Source: Azolla caroliniana (taxonomy: Eukaryota > Plantae > Polypodiophyta). From it: a stretch of DNA of 64,000 nt. The position numbers and the translations under genes are program-made. This document shows, one piece after another, positions 1 to 12,988 of the stretch. The DNA lies in the NCBI GenBank assembly GCA_043228905.1, contig JBHGNT010000017.1, positions 13,392,001-13,456,000 of the forward strand, written 5' to 3'. The notes under the pieces were generated by a model. It saw only the letters and a program-made list of their open reading frames with translations, did not search any database and was not told where the DNA came from. Every line of letters begins with the position of its first letter. The stretch's first letter is position 1.

Positions 1-408
1 ATTTGACAACCCGGTTTGTCTGAATAGCAACAGAAAATAGAGACAAGGTTTAATGGAAGCTTGAATCACAAAGAGCGGGAGAAACAGAGAGAGCAGAACA
101 CTAGAAACTTAACTAAATAATAATAACACTTTGTACATACAATGTGCTCACTGAGCACTTTTATACAAGTCCATAAAAGGACTCACAGAAGTACTGACAA
201 GTACTTCAATGCTCATACGAGCGACTGACACTGACTCCCAAAAATATGCCTACTTACTAGGCTACATTCGTAGGCCTCTAATCGCCTACCGGTTGCAATC
301 TGATCTGGCTCTTGGTTTCGGACACCGATCCGGTTCTTCGTTCTGGATACCGATCTGGCTCTGGCTTATTTAGCCGATCCGAATCTGGTTGAGCTTGTCC
401 GCTCAACA
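1..408 (-). mobile_element. Ty1/copia LTR (U3 end at 408, cut by window edge), inserted into LINE A
   Basis: Reverse complement begins TGTTGAGCGG and aligns along its length with the PBS-followed LTRs at 11092 and 12989. LINE endonuclease sequence resumes at 409. Confidence 0.85.
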
Positions 409-3181
409 CCCATTGACAAATGTGTTCACATGTTTACCATCCTCGGGTGGAGGAAGTGTGGTTGATTACACATTAATGTTGGCATGTGATCTATCATTGG
501 TGAATGTGTTTAAAGTTGGTTCTCTATCTCCGGACTCAGACCACAAGTCATTGTACTTAGAGCTTGCAATTCCACATTTCACCAATAGATGACATGGAGT
601 GAAAGTTGAAATGAGATGTATCATCCAACCTTGCTATGACAAAGCTAAGATGTATGCAAATGAGGTGGAGAACCATTTGTTAAATTTTTCTCTAAGCAAC
701 AATGTTAAAGAAAATTGGCAAGAATTGAAGGATATCATCCTTAAGGTTGGATATCAATACTTTAAGAGGCATGTGGATGGGCATAAGATGTGTAGTTTTC
801 CATGTAATTCTTGGTTCGACGATGAATGTAAGATGTATCTCAAATGGTTTAAGTCCATAGAAGGGGAAAATGAAAAGATTGTTGCATGGCATCTATATAA
901 GATAGTGAGGAGAAACAAAAGAAGATATTTCCAAATGCAAGAGATGAAAAAGAAAAACTTGTTTAAGCTCAAACCAAAATTAGCATGGGGACAACTCAAG
1001 GGTAAGAAAGAAGATGTCAAATGACAATTTACAAATGAAGAGATGTTAGACTATGTACAAAGGCTATATATGCATGAAGGTGTGGCTCCTATGGTTGAGA
1101 AAATTGAAACACCATGCACTACATATATTGTTATTGATGATGTCAATTAGGGAATAAAGAAGATGGCGAGTGGGAAACCAACAAATGCAACCTACATCTC
1201 AAGTGAGCTTTTAAAATGAACAATGCCACATACTCGTCACTGGATAATGACAATTATAGAGCAAGCTATAAAACAAGGATTTCCAAATGATTGGCTTATG
1301 AATTGGATTAAACCAATATTTAAAGTCGGAGATAAGAATCAAGTATGAAATTATCGTACAATAATGGTGAGCTAAACTATTGCTAAATTATATAGAACTA
1401 TTATGGAGCAAAAGGTAAGCACATGGGTTGAAAGTACAAGCAAAATAGCACTTGGGCAAGCAGGATTTAGACCAAAACACTCCATTGTGGATCATTTGGT
1501 CACGTTGAGAGTAATCAAGGAAGAGAGTCGACTACAAGGAAAAGCACTTTATTGTTGTTTTGTTGATTTCAAGAAAGCTTTTGATATTGTACCATGAAGT
1601 GAGCTTCGGAATAGAATGATAGAGATTGACATGCTATTAGAGTACCGAGTTGCTATTGCATGCCTATATGAACACGTTAAATGCCAACTAAAAATGGATA
1701 GTGGATTCTCAAAGCACTTTTTAAGTAACATGGGGGTCAAGCAAGGATGTCCACGATCACCTACAATCTTTGGCTTATGTATTGATAAATTAGAAGTGGT
1801 GAATAAGGTTGCAAGAGAAGAAGGATTGAATGACCCCAAATTGATGCAACATGTTATCTTATTGCTTCTATATGCAGATGATGTGGTACTCTTCTCATAT
1901 GATGTTGATAGTATGCAACATTTACTTGGTGTATTAGAAGAATTTTGCCATAGTAGTGGACTAGTAGTGAATGTGGAGAAAACAAAAATGATGATAGTGC
2001 AAACCATCCAACCTCATCATTACCCTATGCTCACATATAGAGGAGAACATATACAATTTGTTCGAAGCTTTAAATATCTTAGTATTGATGTACCCACCAC
2101 AAATAAATGGAGTGCATGCTTTGATTCTAGGCTCCAAGCCAATTGGAAATCGTATTACCTTTTGGAGAACCAATGCAACCAAAGTGATACTTGTGGATGG
2201 GAAGTAAACTAATAGTGTTCAATGTCATGGTAACTCAAGTATTGCTTTATGGAGTAGAGGTATGGGGTGGCACCATCTCTCTTAATGCATAGAATGAGAT
2301 TGAGAAAATTCAAAAGATGTTTTTAAGGGGGCAATTAGGAGTTAAATGCAGTACCTCTTACCGATTATGCTCTTGGAAACAATTGTTCGACCCACAAAAT
2401 TATTGGCACTCCAAAAAGTATATAAATACATTACAAAAGTCAAGAATATGCCATATAATCGATTACCACATCTTGCTTGGAATGTTGGATGTAAGCTACA
2501 AAAGAATCATAAAAGTAAGATTCTCTCATCCGATTGGGTTGTTGACATAAGGAAATGGTTTAGAAGATGGGGTGTGTGGATGATCTTTTAGAGCTTTCGA
2601 GCAATGCTATGCAATATGTAATGATTGAGGAAAGGTTGGTGGAATCATTAAGGATGAAGTGGGAAGATGCTAAGAGGACAAATTGCAAATGTCAACCTTG
2701 AATGTTGGTCTCAATATAAAGCAAGAATGCTTATTGATCATATCCAACCTTATCTCATTACCAATATGAGTAGTAATGCTAGTAGAGCCCTTACACTACT
2801 TCGCACTCGATCTCACAAGTTAGGAATTGAAGTTGCATCATGGTATCAAAATGTAACAGACTTGGAAGACATGCAAAGTATGCAATGAAGGCATGGTAGA
2901 GGATGAATGTCACTTGCTCTTCACATGCTCGACATATAATGCAATTCGTTCAAGATATGCTAGCATACTAAGAGGGAGTGATAACTTAAGTGCCATACTT
3001 AAGACACCACCGAGAAGGTTGGGCTCATATGTGTATGCTTTATTCACACATAGAGACTTTGTGCTTCAATGTATGAATACCCCTTCTTAGGAAGGAGACA
3101 CATATCAAGAACACATGTATACTCTGGTCCCATAGGTCAAAATTGGCCTCTTTATGGACAATAAAAAATTCTAATTCTAAT
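409..3181 (+). mobile_element. LINE A, degenerate ORF2 (APE-RT-CCHC), RTE-X-like
   Basis: Fragments GGGSVVDY..SDH (APE), QAGFR, FVDFKKAFD, GVKQGCP, LLYADD, RSHKLGIE, VEDECHLLFTC. Many stops and frameshifts. Ends in a hairpin (about 3133-3149) plus a (TTCTAA)n tail. Confidence 0.9.
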
Positions 3182-3847
3182 CATGGTCACTAACATGCCC
3201 TTTGGAGACATCTGACATTAAATGCACAGTTCTATAGAGCAAGGTACAACTTGCAATTGTGATACCATCTCTGAATACAATGTTTTGCTTTAGACTTACT
3301 TTAGCCACTCAATTTACATTATACAAAGGTGCCTACAAATCCAAAATGTGCACACACATGAGGAAGCAAAATTTGAAGGAAAAGTGTAATTATTCCAAAT
3401 ATTATATATACATATGACTACTAAAATTCCTCAAGCATGATAGGATGGAAAAATAGGCATGGTTAACATTCTTTGCATTCTATACATGATTGGTATAACA
3501 ACTGGGTTGTAATGACCTTATTCCCACATCTCCCTTTCCCATACATATCTTTATATGTTTCCTAAAAAAGCAAAAAACATTTAGATCTAATAATCACTAA
3601 AATATCATGTTTTCTTGCCTTTGATTTTTAAAATGAATGGTGAGAAAACCAGCAGTAAATTTGAATCATGAGCATGATTCTCTATATAATAACATTGTAT
3701 GCACAAAGGCCTTCAAATGACAGTGGCATATGATACCAGTTGGGCCTTAATACTTTGATAGGTAATGAGAGCAGCAAACATCATAAAACAATTGGCTGCA
3801 AACATGTTTGATTTTACTACATGCATGTTATATTCGTATGGGAAAAA

Positions 3848-4492
3848 TCATTGATCATCTCTAATCTTTCTATGCAATGACATGTTAAGCCTAAGGAATA
3901 TACACGTAATGTTGTAGGACAACCATAAGCACAAAACAAATGCACCTAATCCGAATCCACCAGCAGTAAACCATATCAATAAAAGGAAACCTAAAGAAGC
4001 CACCCACCATGCTAGAACTGCATGCAATAGTGACAATAATAGTAGAACTACAAGCAAAGCTGCGAGACAAAAGAACCTTATAACTTTCCATAGCTTCCGC
4101 CTCACCATCCTTCGAAACCTTCGACCCTCGATCACAACAAAATGTAAGCAAGATGATATGACTTCAGCATCAAAGAATATATTCAATAGGTAGTTCTTCT
4201 CCAAACTTATCATTGATGTTGTACTACTACCACCCACTTGTCGATACGAAGCTTTGTCCATGGCTCGAAGCAAGATGAAATTCTTGGGAAACTCTTTTAC
4301 ACCTCGCCACAAGCAAGGGCTATGACACTCTGGACAGTCAATGCATTGTTGACCTAATCTTGATTCTAAAGGACGATTCATAAGGCATGATTCACATATT
4401 GTATGACCGCACCTGAGGATTCTTGGGATACGAGTGCTATCATCAAAATAATCCCAGCATACAGGGCACTCTGGTATTCGCAGAGTCCACAT
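3848..4492 (-). CDS. RING-HC (C3HC4) E3 ligase with C-terminal transmembrane helices, 214 aa
   Basis: First ATG at 4492. CPVC..CGHTICESC..CPEC followed by the PKNFILL motif, then hydrophobic C-terminal segments. Uninterrupted ORF. Confidence 0.85.
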   Translation of the reverse strand: MWTLRIPECPVCWDYFDDSTRIPRILRCGHTICESCLMNRPLESRLGQQCIDCPECHSPCLWRGVKEFPKNFILLRAMDKASYRQVGGSSTTSMISLEKNYLLNIFFDAEVISSCLHFVVIEGRRFRRMVRRKLWKVIRFFCLAALLVVLLLLSLLHAVLAWWVASLGFLLLIWFTAGGFGLGAFVLCLWLSYNITCIFLRLNMSLHRKIRDDQ

Positions 4493-4673
4493 CCTGGCAT
4501 GATATATGAATTCTTGTATTGAACGAATTTGGCAACAATACCCCTTTTGAGATGCAGAAGACAAGAGGTTATCTACATTCTTCTTTGATCACATGGGCAA
4601 ATCTAGCCCAAAGTCCTGCCAAAATAATTGAGTGACCATATCTTTGTTTTTATAAGAATAGAGAAAAAAATAG

Positions 4674-4716
<43 letters not shown>

Positions 4717-4794
4717 TTAAATAGCCAAAATAAGGATGTACAGTCTCATGATCACTATTGAAACATCGCAGACACTACACATAGATGTTGACAT

Positions 4795-5215
4795 GGCATC
4801 CATACAAGGAACCACTACACCAACAATAGAGATCATAAATTTGTGCACAAGTGATTCATGGGATGTCAAAAGATGGTGTTGGCTACATAATCTTCATTGT
4901 GCTCAACTCTAATGTGGGTTGCTCAGGGTTTTCAGAGTCATTCTGGCAGGTCATGATAACAGTTGATAGCCACACAGAGAGAGGCAGTGTGTGTGTGTTT
5001 CATCAAAATGCTCTACTGTAGCTCCAACATCCATACAAGTATTCATGACACCATCAATCAAGATTCTAAATTTGTGCACGAGACGATTCTCGGGGTGTCA
5101 ACAGATGATGTTGTCCGTATGATCTCCATTGAGCTTAACTCTCATGTGGGTTGCTCAGGGTATTCCGAGTCATTCTGGCATGCATGCTAACAATTGATAT
5201 CTGGAGAGAGATGGA
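4795..5215. repeat. Diverged tandem duplication, about 230-nt period
   Basis: Two copies share AAATTTGTGCAC and ATGTGGGTTGCTCAGGGT.TTC.GAGTCATTCTGGCA. Confidence 0.8.
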
Positions 5216-5229
5216 GAGAGAACGTGTGT

Positions 5230-5480
5230 CTGTATGTTCAGATGAGTTGGTAACATTGTCCGGCAGCGACTAGAAGCTCATGGGTTCAACCCCCTGGATT
5301 CCAGCGGATCTAGTAAAGGAGTGTCCTTAATGAGATTTGAACCTGAGTGCATCTCAGCCAATCAGTGTGAAGATGCACATGTGTATGTGACCTCCAGGCT
5401 CTAGATATATACTGTGATGTAAGATTGAACTCAAGACCTCACAGGTACTAAGTTCAGTCTCATAACCTTTGGATAAATAT
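5230..5480. mobile_element. Degenerate tRNA-derived SINE-like unit, related to the 36997-37595 cluster
   Basis: Forward GAGTTGGTAA...GGGTTCAACCCC, body TTCCAGCGGATCTAGT, then reverse-strand B-box-like GGTTCAAATC and GAGTTCAATC. Confidence 0.5.
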
Positions 5481-7343
5481 CAAGAGGTTTCTCACTCTTT
5501 TTCTTTTTTTTGTTCCCTTTTTCATGATTTTTGTATTGGGTTGTACACAACCCCTAATGACCAGCCATGTTTGTATCGATCTTGAGATGTATCAAGCAAC
5601 TCTTATTCCAGGTGGTTCCTTTTCTGAAAACAAATTCAAAACAAAATAAAAAAACTAGTGCTCTATCTTTAAATGCATTTTTGAAATAAGATATCTACAA
5701 AACCAATGCCTTTGCTCAGTTTTGAAGCATTTTGGCACCCACATCTCCTTGAGGATTGGTGTGCTTCTTCATGTCATGAGGAACTTTTAAGCACATGTCA
5801 TCATCAAGAGAAGGGTTGGCCCACAGAATCGCAGTATGTAAACTCTCTATATATCATGTGCATTCAATGCCTAAATTCAAAACCTCCTTTTATGTCAAAA
5901 AAATTTAATCATACATTTTTCTATTCAATTTGCAATATGCTATATCTTGCTTTATATGGTATCACCCTCGAACAGTTTGTCGGAAGAAAATTTTATTATG
6001 ACCTCACTTTGTAGAGTTACATATTTCATAGTAATCGCCCTGAGACTTTCACTTTCAATGTCCTCTATATTCTTCATGTCCGGACAATGAATCTATGTTA
6101 ACTTTGTTTTGAATTTTCTGAATTATATCCAAATTAAATACCCTTAGTCAGCCCCCAATATACATGCAAGATGATTGATCGATTGTTTTATACTTTTCTA
6201 TTGAGGGAACCAGCAGTGTGATCGAATATAATGTTTCTGAAATCTACAGCACAACTAAATTCTACACATATCTACCAAGTGAGTGACCAGATTCTAGTTG
6301 AAGTCTTATCATATTTTAGAAACAAAAATGATTCATAGCTTATATTAGATTTTACAAAGAAAGTATACAGAAGAATAAAATTCAATGTAATTAAGATCAG
6401 GTACCTACCATTCAAATGTCAAGAAAATGATAAGACTAAAATTTCTCAACAATTTTCATGCAGCAAAGATTAACAATATGATAAAGAAATAACAGAAACA
6501 TCTGTTTAAAATAGCTAGAGACATTTTACACAACAGAAGATATGTAACTATATTAATGTGAAAAGTAAACATCGAGCTAAGAAGTGCCAAACAAAAATCT
6601 AGCAGAAGAAACATTTGTGTAATGAAACATGGATGGTGTACGCAAAACCTTGTGATCATTTGTTCTACCAAAAAATGTATCTACAATGGACTGTGCAACA
6701 TGCAAGAAGAAAGGAATTGTGTATTGATGTTGGTCTTTGAACCTCCACAACTTAATTTTCCTTGATGGAGGAATTAATGTCCTCAGGTAATAGAAGACCT
6801 TCCATTAATTTCTCTAAAAGTTTCAACAGCATGTTCAATTACTAATGTTTCAAGCTACAAAACCAATGGAAAAGCTACATAGCATGATATTTATTCATTC
6901 ATTGAATCATGTAAAAAGAAAAACATGATGAAGTTACACATTTGTTCCCAAACTAATGGAGAAATCAGATGTGAAGCATACAAATAAAGAGAGAGTTTCA
7001 AGATACTAGATATTTGAAGATCTTGATATCTTCGATGGAATCATATGAATGATGGATTGGGGAACAGAGGGTTAAGAAATTTACAAAATCTCATAATGAA
7101 ATGACGAATATATTTAAAGAAGAGTTTGGATCAATGATTTCTACACCCTAAAGTCCATGTCTGTGTGTGTGAGCGCATCTCTGTGTACATACCTTGTATA
7201 GCATTTGCCTCTGATTACTTCTGTTTGTTAGTAGGAGGAGCCAATGTTGAAGAAGGAGCCCACATCATTTTTTGCTCTCACCTTACCTCAAACACATACA
7301 CACACACAAAAATACATGCAACTTCCTCTCAAACTCTGATGTG

Positions 7344-7380
<37 letters not shown>

Positions 7381-7799
7381 GTAGTATTTATGTATGTATT
7401 ATGCACATACATATGGGTAGTACTAGTAAGAATGCATCTCTTAGCTTTGGACAGAACACACTCATCATATATGTATCACTTTAGTGCTAGTGCCACCTCA
7501 GATCGTCGCGTCCTATGCCAACCAACAATCTCTCGCATATGTCCGTACTTAAATCACTTCGCTTCTTCGCTCAGATTGTTGTGTCGAGTGCCCATCGCCC
7601 CTAACCTACGCTTAGAAAGGCCATTTCGCATGTGCGAAATGGGGCTTTGTTAATACTTGCCTTTTGGGCATCGGCTCGCGCAGCTTCCCTTTGGTGCTCG
7701 CACTTTTTATTTATTTCGCAATGTTGCATAGAAAAAGTTATCATAGTTGCAAGCCTAGGTTTGGCGTGGATGGTAGATTAATTGTGTGTGGATGCTTAA

Positions 7800-9182
7800 A
7801 TTCTCGTTTGGGATTTTTGTTGATAGTTAAGCAATGAGGTTCAAATATGTCGAAAAATCTTTGAATGTGCAACATGTGGCGGAGGGTAAGGCCAAAGAAC
7901 CTTTACAAGAAGTTGTGGTGCATGATCATGAGGATGTAATGGAAAGGTGAGTGGTTAAGGCTAAGCATAGTCTTAAGGAAGGGGTGGAGACCTTTCGCAT
8001 GAAGGTTGAAAGAGATAAGGACATCAAGTTCTTGGTGTTACGATCGGATGATACTCCTAAGGATATTCTTGAGGAGGTTTCACATTAAATTCCTTAGGAA
8101 AAACCGGGTAAATTTTGTGATGTGATAATGGATGTTGATTTAGATGTAGGTGGCCCCTTGCATATGCAAATTATATTGGAGCAAAACTTGTTTTTTAACT
8201 CAAGAGATGTTCACCTTTCTATGGGACTATAGGAAGGGTTTCTAAAGTTCAAATGAGATTCATAAGAAATAAAATGGATGGATGGCATGGTAATTTTGTT
8301 GGGATGGATGTTCATCTAATTTCAACGATGTCTTTATTCCCTATACATCGTTTCTGTCACAAAACGATCCAAATGATATGAGGGTGATTATGGATGCCCT
8401 CAAATTGTATGGATTAGCTGCTAGATTGCATGTTAACTTCAACGAGTCCAAACTCCTACCTTTGACACCATATAGTTGGCAATGGGCATCAACTTTTGTG
8501 GCCAAGTCAAGTTGTTAGCCCAAATGAAATGGTTAAACATCTTGGCTATCCATTGGGATGGAATGTAACAGGGAAAAGAAAGGTTGAATGGGTTCTGCAA
8601 AAATTGAGACAAAAGCTAAGCTATTGGAAGATTGCAACATGGCCGCTCCATGTCAAATTGAGGATAGTGCAATCTATATTCATGACTTACATGTAGTATT
8701 ACTTATTTATGATTGATTGGTCTAAACACATGATACAAAAGATTAACTTTGAAATCATAAGCAACTTTTGGTGCTCTAAGCAGTCACATTGAGGTATACG
8801 ACTCCTATCACTAGAGAAGATATGCCCTCTACGATTGAGTGGAGAGCTAAATATTCTTAATTTGTAGTTGCATATGTTGGCTATAAGAGCTACTTTACTG
8901 CCAAAATTTGCTAAAAAACATTGCCTTGAGCAAGAATGCTATCTGATATGTTTGACCATTTGAAAACCAAGTCATTTGGCTCATGGGATACTAACCATTG
9001 GGATGTCGTCTTTGGAAAGCTTGACGAACACATCAAAGGTTGTCCATTTAGCTCAAAAAGCTTCTAAAAAGAAGGGGCTAAAATTAATTGCAGATGTGGT
9101 AAATGACCAAGGTCACTTATTGCACTTCGATGACATGACATGTCGTTATAGTCTTGGGCCACATCATCACGTTATTTGGAGT
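7800..9182 (+). mobile_element. Highly degenerate L1/Tx1-like LINE remnant
   Basis: VKHLGYPLG..WVLQKLRQKLSYWK..WPLHVKLRIVQS resembles the post-RT region of L1 ORF2. The 5' boundary is uncertain. Confidence 0.55.
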
Positions 9183-9649
9183 TGTTGTTGGGTGGGGGGT
9201 GAAGCTAAGAATGGCTTCACCCCCCTCCCAAGGGGGTTACGTTAGAGAGAGAGCAAGAGAGAGACAAATAGGAAATGATAGCAAAATGAGTGGGGAAAAA
9301 ACTATATTCCTTATGTGCCCCCATAAGGGGTTTTTATAGTACATAATGTAACAGTAAATAATATGTCCGTTACAAAAAGAGACCGTTACATTCTTGTGAC
9401 ATGCACATAATTGTGCATGTGCTCACACATACTCATCCTCACACTCATATACATTACACATACCAAACAACCCCTTTAACGTGTTTTACCCTTATACCGC
9501 CCCGTACAACTCCTACGGGTAACAGGAATCAAGTCATAGAGTTGGTACTTTCCTTAGTACCTGTGCCACCTCTGGATGGAGATCACACGATTCAGGACTA
9601 GATGTTACAAAAAGGGAACATTGTCATTCCAATGAATAACATTACAACA
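9183..9649 (-). mobile_element. Probable solo LTR
   Basis: Termini TGTTGT...ACAACA and a minus-strand CTATAAAAA near 9331-9339. Flanks GGAGT/CCAGT are not a clean TSD. Confidence 0.45.
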
Positions 9650-9713
9650 CCAGTCTTTAGCCCTTAGCCTACTCTTTGTAAACCTTGTTTTCTCATAATA
9701 TAAACTCATTTCC

Positions 9714-9745
<32 letters not shown>

Positions 9746-10049
9746 CACCCTACTCATGAGTCATGACAGTTTGAACCAAATGAGTTATGATGAATGAGTA
9801 AATACTTATTTATAGGTTCTTATGGAGTATTCTAGAATGTTCTAGAGTATTTAAGATATTTAAGATATTTAAGCTAATCACGAAATATTCTAGAATCTTC
9901 TAGAATATGTCAAATTTCTTCTAATATTAATAATATAGTTATTATAATTATACGTCATATATGTTATCATAATGCTCAAAGGTTTGACATATATACAAAG
10001 GGGTTGTGAGTTCGAACACTTATAAGCCAAAATGTGGGTCTTCATGACA
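9645..10049. mobile_element. Rearranged chromovirus LTR (family of 61381-61811): R-U5 on +, U3 on -
   Basis: 9645-9768 matches R-U5 on the plus strand and ends in TCATGACA. 9770-10049 matches U3 on the minus strand. The two parts join at GTTTGAACCAAAT. Confidence 0.8.
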
Positions 10050-10160
10050 CTCATGACACTATGGAGGTGGCACCATCTCATGGAGTCAAATGTTACGGGC
10101 ATGACGATATAATATCCCGTGGTAAGAGTGTACTATAGTATTCTATACAGATGGATAAAG

Positions 10161-11091
10161 TGTGAGGGTTAAACGAGAGTGTAAATAAGGGAAGGATTAC
10201 TTTAATACTTGGGATTGAGACAACTCATTAAGGCCAAGTGTGAACTTGGTTGGGGGCCTTAGGTCTAGCTATAAATATAAGGCCTACCTACCCTCATTGG
10301 AGAGATGATCGACTATGTCGAGACTTTGAACTCGTGGTGATCAAACTCTTGTAGTGAGCGCGCTAGTACCAAGTACAAATCGATGCCACGACGGTGGTAT
10401 GGGACGCCAATTGAGGCTTGAGTCTGTCTTGATCGCTTCGCTCGGGGGTAGTCGGATGGATCAACACCCTTCTTTTTTTCTCTCCTTTCTTTTCTATCTA
10501 TCTATATTATCCTTATCTCATGCTTACATTAGGCTCAAGCTCTAATAGTTGGTATCAGAGCCTTGATTACTAATGTTTCTTTTGATGATTGTTTAAATTT
10601 TGTTGGATGGTGATCGATCGATGTGCAGTCGAGCTTGATTCAGAAACACGGGAACAAAAGAACTTCGGTATTCCTTTCTTTCTTTCTTTTATATTATTTA
10701 TTCTCCCATTCTAATCATGTTCATGTCATTTTGTATTAATTTCAATCATGAAAATATGTTGTAGTGGTAATAATTGGTTGAATAAAACGTTTACATATGT
10801 GTATGAGGTCAATACCTCAATTGACATATAATTGATATGTGATTTGTGTCGTATCCGTACGAGGTCTATATATCAATTGCGTATTACGTTCACATACATA
10901 TGTTACATATGCGTATGTCAATACCTCAATTTCTATGTATTTGATATGCGATCTGTGTCATATGCGTAACAGGTAAATACTTCGATTGCGTATTACATTC
11001 ACCCTTATTTTGGATGTTTCGTGTGCATAGAGGATAGAGGCTACATGCCTCAATTATGTATGTCGATTACATAATTCATTGGCAATGTTAT
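10161..11091 (+). mobile_element. LTR + tRNA-iMet PBS + AT-rich repeated leader of a truncated LTR element
   Basis: TATA near 10270, PBS TGGTATCAGAGCC at 10550-10562, and about 55-nt diverged repeats (TACCTCAATTG core) at 10800-11060. The LTR start is approximate. Confidence 0.65.
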
Positions 11092-12988
11092 TGTTGAGCG
11101 GGCAAGCTCAACCGGATTCGGATCGGCTGAATAAGCCAGAGCTGGATCGATATCCGGAACGGAGAACCGGATAGGTGTCCGGATATATCGGTATCTGGAA
11201 CCTAGAGCCGGACCGGAGAACCGGATCATACTCCGGAATAGTGAGAACTGGTAGGCCGTTGGAGCCTACGGTCTGAACCTAGTACGTAGACATATTCCTT
11301 GAAGTTAGCGTCAGTCGCTCGTATGAACATTGAAGTACATGTTAGTACTTCTGTTAGTCCTTTTAAGGACTTGTATAAAAAGTCTTATGTAGGACATTTT
11401 ATGTACAGATTGTGATTATTTTTTAATTGAGTTTATGCTATTCTGCTCTCTTTGTCTCTCCCGTGTACTGTGTATTCTTGAGCTTCCATTAAACCTTCAT
11501 TTATGTTTTACTGTTGTTATCTAGCTGAGTTGGGTTATCAAAGCTTCCTCATATTAACTTTGACATGGTATCAGAGCGCAAGGGTTGAGAATCCTCTGCT
11601 GCTAACGAGTGACGCTTGCAGACAAACCCTAACACCTGGTAAAGAATAGGAAGGAGAGAATGGACCGAGGAATGGTTAGCTCGCTCCCAATGGAGAAGCT
11701 CGACAGATCCAACTATGCATCCTAGTCGTACAAGATGCACTAGTACCTCCTTGGGCATGGCTACTGACTGGGGTTATGTCAATGAAGATAACGATGCGGC
11801 ACACATGGACTTCTCAGCTTGGGAACAAGCAGCAAGCAGGGTAATGTACTACTTCACCTCTAGTGTTGGTGATCAGCTGCTCAGCCATATTTGGGACACC
11901 AAGACACCAAAGGAAGCTTGGGGAAACCTGAAAAAGGTCTTCGCGAAAGCACCACAGCCCGGAAGCTACAACTTCGACAAGAGTTGAGCAATGTCCGATA
12001 GAAGGACATGTCGGTGGCCGAATACACAGCCTGGATCAAAGACATCTGCGATTCACTTGCCTCCATCAACGTGATCGTCGAGGAGGATGAGATGGTGTAG
12101 GTTTGTCTCGAGGGCCTGACGTTGAAGTTCGGAGCATTCCAAACTACGGTATGTACAAGGGAGAATACACCCTCTTTTTTCGACTTATAGTCAATGCTCC
12201 TTGTAGAGGAGAATCATGCGGGTGCGTCGACATCAAGATGTTGTACATGGAGGAAGAGAGGTCCTGTGGTTGTGGCGGATGAGGCGGATTGACGCGCAAT
12301 GCAGGCGGCTGACAAGAGCAGAATCGGAGGCACAAAGATTGTGCCGACAACAATTCTGGATCCTCCAGAAGCAGGGGGAGTCAAGGTGGCAGAGCCGAAA
12401 ACCAACAAGGAAAGGCCAAAACGGAATGTTGGTATTGTGGCTGGAAAGGCCACAGAGAAAGAAAGTGTTGGAAGAAGAGAGCTAATTCAGACAAAGATGG
12501 ATTGAGCCAATAAGATGCGGACATGCATCATCGATTGCACTTCGTTGGAGGCTTGGAGAGAGCCAAGTTGGGATTGGCCCTTGTAATGAAGCATAATGCC
12601 AATGGGATGGGAGTATCTGACTTGAAGTCGGAAGAAGCTTGGTATGTGGACTCCGGAGCTTCAAACCACGTGACGAACCACAAAGAGTGGTTCTCCTTTC
12701 TCGAGAAGCCAGGGGTAGTCGAAACTGGGGATAACACCCTACATCCCATTGTGCACATTGGAGATGTCCCTCTGAGCCATGTCGATCAAAAGGGAATCAT
12801 GAGGAACGTCTTGCATGTACTAACAATCACCAAGAACTTGGTGTCGGTCGATCAGATCGTAGATCAAGGTATGCAGGTTCGGTTCGCTCACCATGGATGC
12901 TTCATCAAGGAGGAAGGCCGGATCATCGCGCAAGGGCACCGGGATGGAAGAATGTTCATCCTCGGAACTAATGATGTTGGCACCACTA
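11092..12988 (+). mobile_element. Ty1/copia 5' half: LTR 11092-11565, PBS 11566-11577, degenerate gag-protease
   Basis: TG...CA LTR, TGGTATCAGAGC, gag EKLDRSNYAS, CCHC knuckle and WYVDSGASNH. Multiple stops. Confidence 0.9.

Larger units (their letters stand above)
4619..7192 (-). other. Probable 5'-UTR intron of the RING gene
   Basis: Minus-strand donor AAG/GTATGT near 7187-7195 and acceptor GGCAG/ near 4617-4621. A GA-rich promoter-like region lies upstream near 7350. Exact boundaries are inferred. Confidence 0.45.
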
